Assembly (NCBI RefSeq): GCF_016433145.1
Contig: NC_058131.1
Span: 211,572,747-211,636,746 of the forward strand
Direction: 5' to 3'
Source of the DNA: Gracilinanus agilis
Taxonomy: Eukaryota
DNA length: 64,000 bases
The notes below the pieces were generated by a model, which worked only from the letters and a program-made list of their open reading frames with translations, made no database searches and was not told where the DNA came from. Each line of letters starts with the position of its first letter. The first letter of the stretch is position 1. Shown in pieces: positions 1 to 11,744 of the stretch. Made by a program: the position numbers and the translations under genes.

Positions 1-24
1 AGAGAGAGAGAGAGAGAGAGAGAG
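1..24. repeat. (AG)n microsatellite, truncated by window edge
   Basis: 12 perfect AG units. Confidence 0.95.
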
Positions 25-647
25 GATGTCCCAAAATCCTTAGGGTAATTTAAAGCTTAAAAGCATACTAAGACAACCTTGGGATAAGGAGGAGGGAACA
101 CCTATCACCACCACTGCCGTCGCACTGCCAGGGACACTGGGGCCCCACTGCCTTCCCTGGGTTGTTTTACAAACCCAGGATAGGGATTAGATGGGAATAA
201 ATGCATCTTTTCCTTATCCTGATCCCTACAACGAGATGGACAAACACTGGTCCTTGCCATCCTCTGTCCTGTCTTCACATTTTGCAGTTTCCCAGTGGTA
301 TCACACACTGATTCTTGTAATGCCAGGATGTCTGGGCCTTGTCCATACCTTCATTGCTAAACACCTGGAGCTTCTGGTTCTTTCCAATTGACCTAGAGCT
401 GACTTTCTTTTCTGTGCTGTCTCCCTGATTTAGAGTGTGATGGGGAGGGAGGGCCAGCAGAGTCCTTGTGAGCAAGTATTATTTTGCTTTTCTGTTTCTA
501 TTCCAGGCAGTTAGCACATTGCTTGGCACATATTCTTAACAAATTTTTTTAATTCATTCATTCATTTACTCATTCATTCATGATCTTTTGTGAAAACATA
601 GAACAAGAAAGCAAATACACAGATTCATGAGGAAAAGAGCTCAGTTA

Positions 648-738
648 GGGGGTGGCTAAGTAGATCAGCGGATAGCAAGCCAGGCCTAGAGACTGAAAAG
701 TCCTGGGTTCAAATGTGGCCCCAGAAATCATTACCTAA
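648..738 (+). mobile_element. SINE1 (opossum-type) tRNA-derived head fragment
   Basis: ggggtggctaagtagatcagcggatag...caggcctagagac...gggttcaaatgtggcc resembles the 5' half of the intact copy at 5003. Confidence 0.65.
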
Positions 739-1314
739 CCCCTCTCCATCCCACCATGGAGCAAAAGAAGGATCATTCCTTCACCCGAAATAACAATCCC
801 ATGTCAAGAATGTCCATGAAATAACAAGTCTTTTAACACAATGAGTTTTATAATGGAAATATCTGCTTTCTACCCTGCAACCTCACACAAGATGATTCTG
901 TGTGAACTTGGTAATGATCATAAAGTGATTTAAAAATACTCGGGATATATAAATCTGATGTGTCATTAAGCACATGCTCAGAGAGTAATTTGCAAGAAAT
1001 AGACTCCATCTACTGATGGCTTAGCTTTCATTTCAACTTACTTCGGGAGTGTTCCCTTGGGTAGAAGTTAAAGAGTGGTGGATTTTGGCTTCCTATGAAG
1101 AAAAAGTCCCTAACAACTAAAGCATCCAAGAGAATAATGGGCTGCTAGGCATGTTGAGTTCTCATTATTAGAAGGTTTTAAACAGGAGCAAGATGACCGC
1201 CTCTTGTTATTCATAGAGAGGATTTTTTTTTTTCAGATGGGGACTGGGTGGCCTCTGATGTCCTCACTAACTGCAGTTCTGTGCTTGTGTACCCTGATCT
1301 CTCAAATAAAGAAA

Positions 1315-1572
1315 GGGAGCTAAGTGGCTCAGTGAATAAAATGATGGGCCTGGAGTCAGGAAGACTCATCTCCTTGAGTTCAAATCCAGCCGCAGACACT
1401 TATTAGCTGTATGTCCCTGGGTAAGTCATTTAACCCCATTTGCCTCAGTTTCCTCATTTGTAAAATGAGCTGGAGAAAGAAATGGCAAACCACTCTAGTA
1501 TCTTTGCCAAGAAAACTCCAAATGGGGCCACAAAGGGTCAGATAGGACTGAAACAATGGAATGATAACAGCA
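1315..1572 (+). mobile_element. MAR1-type CORE-SINE, near full length
   Basis: tRNA-like head (gtggctcagtg...gagttcaaatcc), CORE (cctcagtttcctcatttgtaaaatg) and RTE/Bov-A-like tail (ggagaaagaaatggcaaaccactctagtatctttgccaagaaaac). Confidence 0.9.
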
Positions 1573-2386
1573 AACTTTGGAGTCAAATCCTACCTTTAAT
1601 ATTTGCTCCTTGGATGAGTCTCGGCTTAACTCATCTATATATAGACCCCCAAGTTGTATAATCTTTAGCTAACTTTTATTCTCACTGATGAGTTAGATCT
1701 CCAGAGCTTTGCTACATTTCTCTCTTGGGGTTCCAGTTGTCCCCCTGTGGCGTTTTGGATGGTAATGCCATTAGCTCAAACTCCCAAGATTATCAGTTGA
1801 GAAGGATTTAGTCAGCCAGCATTTAGTAATTTTAGAATTTACTAGAGGAATTTACTAAGATGTTTCAGTAAAAACAGTTTGTATAAACATTCCTTTCCCG
1901 AAAAATCTGACATATTCTCCCACAAGTACATAAAGAGTGCAAGGGAAAGTAGGTCAAATTTAGAAAGCACATGTGGCAAAGGGGTAACTTGGCTGCTAGA
2001 AGGTGTTTCCTTTAGGCTGGTGATGTTTCTTGGCTGGGATCCTTTGTATCACTGTGTGCCTAGGTCCATTCTGTTCTTGGTTCCCAAAAGAGACACTGTC
2101 ATCAACTGATCCAGGGATGGAACTAGGACATCTTTGCCAAAAAGATGCAAAGTACAAAATTCTTCAGACCCTTCAGAGCTCACAGGATTCCTTCATTGGT
2201 CAAAGGAGGCAGAGGAAAGGAGATATCAGTTGAAGCCAGTTAGAACCTTTCCTCCATCCAAACAATTCTTTTTTTTAAAGAGATTTTAGCTGAATCCTGC
2301 TCTTGTTCCCATCTTGTGAATAAATCCAGTTTTCTCTAGTAATTTATAGTGGAACAAGCCACCTTGGAAGGTAATGAGTCCCATAC

Positions 2387-2654
2387 TGTTTGTGGTTCAG
2401 TCCTCTCAGTTGTGTCTGACTCTTTGTGACTCCATTTGTTTTTGTTTTTTCTGTTTTTTTTTTTTTTGGGGGGGGTAAAGATATTGGAGTTGTTTGCTCC
2501 TTTTCCAGCTCATTTTAGAGATGAGGAAACAGAGGCAAACAGATAAGTGACTTGTCCAGGGTCACACAGCTAGTAAGTATCTAAGGCAGGATTCAACTTA
2601 GGTCTTTCTGTCTCCAGGTCTAACTCTTTATTCACTGTGTCACCTAGATGTCCC
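2387..2654 (-). mobile_element. MAR1-type CORE-SINE
   Basis: Reverse complement of the same head/CORE/tail layout (ccagctcattttagagatgaggaaacagaggcaaac...gggtcacacagctagtaag). Confidence 0.85.
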
Positions 2655-4091
2655 TGCCCGTAGAGGTGCTCAAATGGAGGCTTGATGGATATTTGTTGGA
2701 CATGTTATTGGGGGGGGATTTATACTTTTATTGAACTCTGATCTAGAGACTGAAGTTCCTCCTTACTCTGGGAATATAAGATTGTGTGTGTAAATATGAT
2801 AAATTTCCCCACATTATTTCATTTTTCTGCCCACAGAAATTTTGTGGCTATATAATTAAATAAGACAAGCCTCCAATGACAAAAATCTGCTGCCTTCAAT
2901 TGGGCTTGCAGGATAGAGGCACTCCATTGTCACTGATTTGTTTGCTGGTGGTCCCCACAGCATTTGAGAACTCTTTAGGGCTGTGGGCTACCATAACCAG
3001 ATGCTGTGTCCTAGGAAGATGAGATGATGGGCAGGGGCCCCCGGTATGGGGACATGGTATGTGGTTGTATGGTCTTCTTGAGAGAAAGGGCCAACTCTTC
3101 ACAGTAGAACAGTGGCTAAAGTCCAGGTCTGCTCATTCTGAAGACAATAATACTCTATGCCAATTTCTCATATTATTATTTCCATCCTATATTGTTTCAT
3201 TTTCCCCATTTTTATGACTTGTCTCTCTTCTTCTGAATTAATGAGGCATGAGGTTTGGCTGTTTTTTTTTTTTTTTTGGACCTTAGAGCTCATCTAGTTT
3301 AACCTCATTTTTCAAAGAAGGAAACAGAGGCTTAAAAGGAGAGCCCTTGCATTATTCATATTTGTTGATTCAACTGATACAGTAATATTGGTAAGTTCTA
3401 TGCAGTTAACGATGGCAGAAGTCACCTCGCTCTCCTACAGCCAGCATATTTTCTTATTCTATTAAATCTTTGCTTTAGTGGGTGGCACTTAGGAGGAGCT
3501 TAATTAATGCTGTAGATTGCTATTGTTCATCCCATGAAGTTCCAGTGACTGCAACATTCAGCCAGGGGTAGTGAACTGATGCCTGGGGGGTTCATTAGGA
3601 AAGTAGGTCGGGGCTGGAATTTATATAACAGTCATAGGGGCTCCAAAAATTTTGCCACCGAGGGGTGTTACATAAACACCAGAAACACATAATTGCCATG
3701 TCTGTATAAATGATGATCTAACTTAGCTACACTCCAATTATATTGCGGAGGGTGGGTTGAGAAGGGACTTTCATAACTGTCATCAAATCTACTTGCTTCA
3801 GAATATATATAATTAAAATCCTTCCTTTACTCCCCTGCTTCCCTCTGTTTCTGTTACCACAATCAGAGAGGCAAGGCAGTGGAGCTGTGGGGGTAGAAAG
3901 GCAACAGCTGCTGCCAATATCCTTAACAAGAGCAGCGGTCCCTCTCTCAATCTGAGGCTGCCTCTACACAGTAGACACAATCAGGGAAAGCCTAGGTCTT
4001 TTTTCCTTAAATTGGCACTTATACTGTGACTGCAGAAGTATGTGTTTTGGAAGGATGAAGAATAAGAAAGTATCTTGATTCATTAACTCTT

Positions 4092-4815
4092 TTATTTTTT
4101 GATTTAATTATTTTTCTCAATTCCATATAAAACTTTTTTAAAGTTGTGAGTCCTGTGTTTTCTCCTCTTCCTTTCTTCCCCCTCCAAGAGAAGGTAAGCA
4201 ATTTGATATAGACTATACATGTGTCATCATGCAAAAAATTTCCCATTTTAGCTATGTCATCAAAGAAAACAGAGACCAAAAAAAAAACCCCAAAACAAAC
4301 AAACAAACAAAAAACCACCCAAGGCAGGCCTAGAGACGGGAGGTCCTAGGTTCAAATCTGGCCTCAGACACTTCCTAGCTGTGGGACCCTGGGCAAGTCA
4401 CTTGACCCCCATTGCCTACCCTTACCACTCTTCTGCCTTGGAGCCAATTCACAGTATTGACTCCAAGACGGAAGGTAAGGGTTTAAAAAAAAAAAAAAAA
4501 AAAAACCACCCAAGGATCATAAAGAAGGTTGAAACAAAGTATGCTTCAATTTGCATTCAAACTGTGCAATTCTTTACTTGAAAGTGGATAGCATTTCTTA
4601 TCATAAATGCTTTGGAATTACATCGCTGAGAAAAGCTAAGTCATTCCTAGTTGATCATCATACAATATTATAGTTATTGTGTACAGTGTTATCCTGGTTC
4701 TGCTCATTTCACTTCATATCAGTTCATATAAGTCTTCCCAGTTTTTTTTCTGAAAGCATCCTGCTCCTCATTTAATTTATAGCACAATAGTATTTCATCA
4801 CAATCATATTCTGGC
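4092..4815 (-). mobile_element. LINE-1 3' end (5'-truncated), interrupted by a SINE
   Basis: Marsupial L1 3'UTR signature in reverse (gcaatttgatatagactatacatgtg...catgcaaaaaatt); flanked by perfect 13-bp TSD TTCATTAACTCTT at 4079-4091 and 4816-4828. Confidence 0.85.
4325..4499 (+). mobile_element. 5'-truncated young SINE1 (SINE1_Mdo-like)
   Basis: Body ending gtattgactccaagacggaaggtaagggttt plus long poly(A); 16-bp TSD AAAAAACCACCCAAGG at 4309-4324 and 4500-4515. Confidence 0.93.
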
Positions 4816-5002
4816 TTCATTAACTCTTATTTAAACTTCTGATATAAAAAATAATGACAAAAACTTCTAATATAAAAATGATAAAAAATAATGATAAAAA
4901 CTCCAAGCATTTCATTCCTACTGGGGAGAGCAGCCACATCATATACTACATAGGCTTAAAGTAAAACAAGTATACCATTCCTATAATGTTAAGAAGATAT
5001 TA

Positions 5003-5202
5003 GGGGGCAGCTGGGTGGCTCAGTGGATTGAGAGCCAGGCCTAGAGACAGGAGGTCCTAGGTTCAAATCTGGCCTCAGGCACTTCCTAGCTGTGTGACCT
5101 TGGGCAAGTCACTTAACCCCATTGCCTACCCTTACCACTCTTCTGCCTTGGAGCCAATACACAGTATTGACTCCAAGACGGAAGGTAAGGGTTTAAAAAA
5201 AA
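5003..5202 (+). mobile_element. Full-length SINE1 (SINE1_Mdo-like)
   Basis: gggggcagctgggtggctcagtggattgagagcc head with A/B boxes, complete body, poly(A); weak TSD (aagatatta/aaaatatta). Confidence 0.93.
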
Positions 5203-6069
5203 TATTAATGCTACAAAGATGGGCTCTAGTTGGACAATCCATATAGTCCATGCATTGTTGAAAGGTACAATGCTCATGAAGGGCTGTAAGGCGAGGCTCT
5301 CACATCCAGGCTGATGGTGGATGTGGGCTATGTGTGTCTCTGGGATAGTTCTCAGCAAGAATTCTGCACAATTATCCAAAACTCCAGATTGTGCTTGTCC
5401 CTGGAGGTTCAATCAGCTTCCAATCAGTTGACTTTTTGGCTAGGCATCCCACAGGCTTAGTGATGAGTGAACATTGAATCTCAATTGAATATTTAAATGC
5501 TACAAGACCTGTGCTAATTGAGTGTATGTGATAAGAATTAAGCATCTGTAAATTCAGTTAGTCTCTCTGCTTTGTACAGTTTGCCGGCTGAGATTTCTTT
5601 GTGGCACAACAATATGGCTCTGGAGAGTCTCATTACCTGGGCGACTTTCCCTATTTATGTTCCTGCAAAAATCTTGTAATTTAGGCTGTGCTGTTGGTGG
5701 CATAAAGTCCCGGGCAAAGAGAACGCCGAGGAATTGGGTGCTGGTGACACTGTGTCACAAGATAATTGGCAGCTGCATCTTTAACAACATCTTCTGAGCA
5801 CTTTTCTGTTGGCTTTGCTCATGTCAGAGGGTCCTTGCAGCCAATGTTTCGGGGACCCCTGACAGCTTCTTTTTGCTCATGTCTCACCTTCTTGTTGCTG
5901 AATTTTTCTTACTGCTAAAGTTGTGGGCAGATATTAAATCAGTGGGAAGCCCATGCTTCCTAAGGATTTGGATCTGGTTTTCATAAAATTTTAGATCTGG
6001 AAGGGATCTTAGAAATTTCTCTTTGATGTGGAGGGATGGGAGAGACTAAATGATGGAGTGAAAACAAAA

Positions 6070-6235
6070 ATGGGAGCCAGAAGACCAGATTTTGAGTCCT
6101 GAAGCTGTTAATAATTGTGTGAACTTGAACAAGCTGCTTAGGGGCTCTCTACCTCAGTTTCCCCATAACTAAAAAGGGGAGATCTATACCTTTCATAAGA
6201 ATACTACTTTGAAAATTATAAATCACTTATATGTT
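6070..6235 (+). mobile_element. MIR fragment
   Basis: Degenerate CORE (ctacctcagtttcccc) and MIR-like flanks. Confidence 0.55.
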
Positions 6236-6904
6236 TGTATGCAAAGTAATATCATTATTACAATAGAAGGCAATTCATTTGGAAAATGAAACTTTCAATT
6301 ACTTAATCAGTAAATTTCTTATTAAGTACCTACTATGTGCCAGACATAAAACTGAAAAGGATAATTCTATATTAGGCTAATTATTAATACTGAAAACTGA
6401 AAAGGGTAATTCTACATTGGGCTAATTCACTTTAGGATCTCAGAAATGACCCATTTAGATGTTACTCACTATAGAGCACCAAGACTTAGATCTGACTAGG
6501 ATGCAAAGGAAGGAAATAATTTTATTTGGACAAAAACAAGAGCTAAATTCCTATTCCCTTAGGAGAGGTCACATAAAAAAAAAAAAACACAAAAAAACTA
6601 CCAAAAACACAAAAAAACCCACGAGGTGAGGAATGCACCTAGAGGAGGGTTATGAGAACTGTACAGACCTAGCAGTCAGACAAACTGCCTTTTTGTCCTG
6701 ACTTTACCATTTGCTAGTTTTGTAACCTTGGACAAATCACTCAGTTCAATTCAATGAGCATTTACTGAACACTCGCTATGGGCAGAGCAGAGAGATAACA
6801 TGATAGAGAATATTATAGTGTTGGACTCAGAGGCAAGAATACCTAGGTTCAAATTCTTCCTCTGACCCCTGCTAGCAATGCTACCAAGCTTCTAAGACTA
6901 ATAT

Positions 6905-7113
6905 CAGTGGTGTCAAACTCAAATAGAAATGGGGTCACTAGACTTAATGTAAGTATGTCTGCCCAGGTGTATATTGACTTAGAAAATGACTTATTAACAT
7001 TATTCATGTTCTATTATATTTTTATTTATTATGTTACCTATTTCACAGTTTTATGTTGTGATCTGGTTTTGGTCTGACAAAGCAAGTATAAGGGGCTGCA
7101 TTTGATGCCTCCC
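6905..7113. mobile_element. Old hAT MITE (resembles MER63_Marsup-type)
   Basis: Begins cagtggtgtcaaactcaaatagaaat, ends tttgatgcctc (degenerate TIR); homologous copy at 37104. Confidence 0.7.
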
Positions 7114-7122
7114 AATGAGACT

Positions 7123-7353
7123 GGGCAGCTAAGTGATGCGGTGGAGAGAGTGCTGAGCCTGAAGTCAGGAAGACTTAACTTCCGGAGTTCAAATCTGATT
7201 TTAGACATTGACTAGCTCTGTGACTCTGGGCATGTCACCTAACTATATTTGCTTCAGTTTCCTCATCTGTAAAATGAACTGGAGAAGGAAATGGCAAACC
7301 ACTACGGCATCTTTGCCAAGAAAACCCAAAGAGTTGGGCATGACTGAACAACA
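7123..7353 (+). mobile_element. MAR1-type CORE-SINE
   Basis: Head, CORE and ggagaaggaaatggcaaaccac...tgactgaacaaca tail. Confidence 0.88.
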
Positions 7354-7469
7354 GTAAGTTGAGATCCGAGTCATTTGCCAAATTAACAAAATCACCGGTC
7401 CTTGGTATTCTGATGATAATCAATGCATCACGTTAGACATCGGGGAAAACATAAATACGATCAGAAAAT

Positions 7470-7640
7470 CATAAAATTTAGTGCCAGAAGGGCACTTGGA
7501 AACTGTCTCCTCATGTCCTCAATTTATAGTTGAAGAAACTGGGGTCCAAAGAGTTAAGTAACTAAGCCAAGAATAGTTTTGATAACAAGTAGCAGAGTTG
7601 GAATTTGAAGCCAGTTCACTGATTCCAAATCTAGCAATCC
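7470..7640 (-). mobile_element. MIR fragment
   Basis: atagttgaagaaactggggtcc...gagttaagtaact CORE in reverse. Confidence 0.55.
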
Positions 7641-7659
7641 TTCAGCAATATCATGTTGC

Positions 7660-7925
7660 CACTTAAGATTAAGACCCCTGCCCTCAGGGAGTTTATAATG
7701 CAGCAAAAGAAGGGGAGGGTCAGTATCACAACACAAGAACAATAATTATACGGTAAAATAGGAAGGGTACAAGCAGATCAATCTGCTGTGTCTAAAGAAA
7801 GAAGAATCTTTTCTATTTGGGGGATCAGGGAAAGCTTTTTGGACCATTTGCATTGGATCTTGAAGGATGGATAGAGATCTAGCAGAGAAGAAAAGTAAAG
7901 AGAATTGTGTGAACAAAGGCAAAGA
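7660..7925 (-). mobile_element. L2 fragment
   Basis: ccctgccctcagggagtttata...ggatcttgaaggatggatagag purine-rich antisense L2 pattern. Confidence 0.55.
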
Positions 7926-8949
7926 GGCTGGGGATAATAATTTCTGTCCTGCTTACCTCTCAAGGATGGTCATGAGGGTTAAATGAGATTAGATCCATAA
8001 AAGACTTTGTTATCATATAATTGTGTCTGGGGAGAAAAAAGTGAACTTTTGTTACATGATCATGTCATTGTTGTAAAATCCTCTCTAGGAAAGGTAGATA
8101 TTATAGACCCTCAGAAAAATCCCCTTTGAGAAGTTTATATGTCATGATGGGCAGAGGTTGGCTAGACTTGACTTCTCCCTAATGATTAATTCCTGCCCCA
8201 AAACATAGTGGCTACTGGGATGATGCTTCAATAGAAACAGTCAACAGTGATTGGTGAATTCGTGGCAGGTAGCCACAAAGCACCAAAAAGCTTATCAACC
8301 TGTGCATTTATGTGGCTCACATATGATTTCATGTATGATATACCCTAGATGAGGGCAGCTTGTTTATACCCAAGCATAAATAAATACAAATTCCATGGCG
8401 TGAGTTTGGGATAGAGGGAGGGAAATTGATTTTTCTCCAAAGCGGCAACTTGAGAATTTTTGCCTTTTTGGGAAATGGCCAAAAGGAGCCCTTAGCAGAA
8501 GGTAGGCAGAAGGAAAATCCTGGGTAGATCAGGGAAGGCTTAGGGTGGGTAAATATTAGCCTCATGACATCAAAGTAAAATTGTTGCTAGGGAAATTGGT
8601 GAAAGGGGAAAAGGAAGAACAGGCCAGTGTTGGGGCAAAGCTTAGCCCAGCTCACTGAAGATGTGTAAGTACTGTCCAACTTCAGAACCCTGCGGCAAAA
8701 TCCTCAGTGTTCCAGTGTTCCCTCTTAGCTCCCACTTTGTAAGCTGGTATAAAGTCCTGGCCAGAACTGGCCAGCTTTTAGCTGTCTGAATGTCACATTA
8801 CAATCCAGGAATAGGGCTGTCTGGGACTCCGGGGAGGCTAGATTGCTGTCACGCATATGCACCCTCCTTTTTAGCACGTTTTGACCTCAATAAATTGTAA
8901 CTAGACACACTCACTGAGCTCAAGCCAAACGGTGACAGTGACAAAGCCC

Positions 8950-8952
<3 letters not shown>

Positions 8953-8986
<34 letters not shown>
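8953..8986. repeat. (CA)n microsatellite
   Basis: About 17 perfect AC units. Confidence 0.95.
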
Positions 8987-8989
<3 letters not shown>

Positions 8990-9529
8990 CACTCCTCATT
9001 TAGCTTAGTGAAACATCCATTATTAAAAGCTTTCTTCTTCTTCTGTCCTAGATCTGATGCAATGTGGAATTCATATGCCTCTCAGACAACACCATTAACC
9101 TCCATTTCTTTGAAATGGTTTAATGATAATGATTGAGAGAAATCATTGTCTATAAACACGAATTCTATGTGACTTGGGATGAGGAGATAAGGGTAAAAGA
9201 AGGCAGCAGCCCTCAGATCTGCCTTCCTGTCTTCATCCTATTAGAGGATTTAAATTAGGATTCTGAAGAGGCTCTCCAGATCTTGATTTTTATCTCATTA
9301 ATATTCAGCAAAGAAAGCTGGTAGCCATTTCTCATACCAGCTGGGTCTTTGAAGGGAGACTCTCGCTTTGAGCATTCCCTGGGGACCGCAACCTGAGTTA
9401 ATGAGGCTTTTGTGGGATGCAGAGACCATCCTTCTGTTAGGAAAGAAATAAATGCAGGCTGGAGTTTGTGATCAGAGATCAGAGAAACAGGCTGTTAGGG
9501 CTGGAAGGCATCTTAGAAACCATCCAGTC

Positions 9530-9725
9530 CAGGGATTCTTAACCTTGTTTGTGTCATGGATGTAATCCTTCAGCAGGCTAGTGAAGCCTATAGATGCTCT
9601 TTCCAAATAATGTCTCTAAATGCATAAAGTAAACTACATTGGATTAGAAAGGAAATCAATTATGCAGAAATGCAATTACCAAACAGTTTAAAAAATAATT
9701 CATGAGCCCCAAGTAAGAACCCCTA
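9530..9725. mobile_element. Old hAT-Charlie MITE (Charlie4-like) inserted in a MIR
   Basis: cagggattcttaacc ... aagaacccct TIRs; internal gtgaagcctat...aaatgcataaa...gaaaggaaatcaattat; related copies at 29914 and 55537. Confidence 0.72.
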
Positions 9726-10299
9726 ATTCTTGTCCCACCGTCATGCAACTGGCGAGTGATAGACTGAGACTAGAAATCAGGCCCCCTGATTCTCAGCCCG
9801 TAATTCTCTTCTCTAGTCACAATGGCTCCAATTGAGGCATAAGGTACTAGGTGGATGCCAACGAAGACAAAGCCTCGGATGGTTATGCCTATTAAAGAGC
9901 ACTTTATTTGGCAACTCTCCAATATACTTAACTTATAATGGGATCACTGAGTCATCCAAAGAACAGTGGAAAGACATGTAAGGAGAGTGAGTAAGCAGCA
10001 GCATTTTACTAATGAAGAATGGTGCACAAAAAGCATGGCAAGAGTCATTGCCGAAAGGTAGATGAATGGGAAAGGAGGCACTTTCATCATATAGAGAGTG
10101 TGACATGGAACCAGAGAACAAAGGACAGACTGAGATTTAGCAGAAGGACCCCAGACTTTGGAGTGGACCCTCAGGGGAGGGGCGATGGGAAAATGTAGGT
10201 GATTCTTGTGGGAGGAAGAGGGGTCTACTGTTTATGATCTATACTATTGGAGTGATTCTGGGCATTGAAGAGATAGCCAATCATTATAGGCTCATCCCA

Positions 10300-11020
10300 T
10301 TTATTATAGGATACTATATTATGTTACGTTATGTTACGTTACGTTATATTACATTACATTATATTATATTATACTATACTATATTATATTATATTGTTAT
10401 ATCATTATATATTATGTGGGCTAATATTATATATTACACAACATAGATACTATATATTATATTAACTATCATATATTATATAACATATAAGATATAATAG
10501 TATTGTATATTATATGAAATAACATTATATATTATATAATATGGATATATATTAATGTATAATTAATATATTATATGAGCTAATATTATATCTTATGTAG
10601 TATGTGGATAGATATTATTATAGATAATATATTATATATTATATGGACTAATGTTATATATTATATCATATGGATATATTATGTATAATTACTATATTAT
10701 ATATTATATGAACTAATGTTATATTATATAGTATGGATATATAATATCATATATAATTAGTATATTATATGAACTAACAGATATAATATATTGTCAGATA
10801 TATGAACTAATAGTATATATGTTATAGTTATATTTTTATGAACTAATAGTCTATATCATATAATATAGATATAATGTTATTATGTATGATATTATATAAA
10901 CTAACATATATAGTATAGATATAATACATTATATAGAATGAATAATATATTATATGAACTAATATTCTGTTATATAGTGTACATATCATAATATATAATA
11001 TTATTATGTATAATATACAT
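10300..11020. repeat. AT-rich low-complexity array: pentamer microsatellite grading into a degenerate minisatellite
   Basis: (TTACG/TTACA/TATAT/TATAC)n at about 10313-10400, then recurrent core ATATTATATG(A/G)ACTAAT. Confidence 0.9.
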
Positions 11021-11024
11021 TAAA

Positions 11025-11205
11025 GATTATAGGCATGTAGATTTAGAGCTGGAAGGGACCTCGGAGATCATCTAGTCTTCCTTCTCTGCTCCACCTCATC
11101 CCCGTTTTAAAGATGAGGACCCTGAAGCACAAAGAAGTTGAATGATTTGCTCAAGATCACACAAATAAGCTGCAAAGACTGGAACTGAAGTTCTCTGAGT
11201 TTGTG
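11025..11205 (-). mobile_element. MIR
   Basis: agatttagagctggaagggacctcggagatcatctagtc...agatgaggaccctgaagcac. Confidence 0.75.
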
Positions 11206-11229
11206 TTTTATTTTCCTATGCATTCTGAG

Positions 11230-11325
11230 AGTGCTCGATTCTATCTTATCTGAGCTCTGCCTTTCCACTTAGCACACTGCTGTACACGTGGGAGTTATTT
11301 AATAAATGTGTGTTGAATGACTGAA
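11230..11325 (+). mobile_element. L2 3' terminus
   Basis: ttagcacactgctgtacacgtgggagttatttaataaatgtgtgttgaatgactgaat. Confidence 0.7.
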
Positions 11326-11379
11326 TGGATGGACAATCTCACTGGTGTCTCAGTTTCAGGTGTGGCCCAGGAGGAGGCA

Positions 11380-11625
11380 GCATGTGGAAAGAGACTGAAC
11401 TTGGAATCAGAGGCGGTAGGGCGGGATGTCAAGTTTTAGCTTTAGAACGTCCTACCTCTAGGGCTCAGATACTTAATAGCTGGGTGACTCTGGGCAAGTT
11501 ACTTAACCCTGCTGGCCTCAGTTTTCTCATCTGTAACATGAAATAGAGAAGGAAATGACAAACCACACTAGTATCTCCACCAAGAAAACCCCAAAGAAAA
11601 TGAAGAGTCAAACATGACTGAAATG
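11380..11625 (+). mobile_element. MAR1/MIR-type CORE-SINE
   Basis: CORE ggcctcagttttctcatctgtaacatg plus gagaaggaaatgacaaacc tail. Confidence 0.75.
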
Positions 11626-11744
11626 AGCATTTCTGAGTTTCAGTTTTCTCAACCATAAAAGGCTATCAATACTGTAGTACCATCCTCTGAGGATAAAATG
11701 AGATAATGAATGGAAAGTTCCTTATAACAAAAAATTGTTTTAAG

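Noticed and set aside
105-475. Overlapping short ORFs in a GC-richer unique patch
   Set aside because: No protein motif in any frame and no convincing acceptor/donor pair.
1738-1755. CCCCCTGTGGC CTCF-like word
   Set aside because: Needs a gap or several mismatches to fit the core motif.
3705-3790. ATGATGA C-box-like word
   Set aside because: No D box (CTGA) or terminal stem at snoRNA distance.
5003-5075. tRNA-like A/B boxes
   Set aside because: These are SINE heads, not tRNA genes; no cloverleaf.
6430-6620. Unique sequence followed by an A-rich tail, possible retrocopy
   Set aside because: No TSD, no ORF and no recognisable parent transcript.
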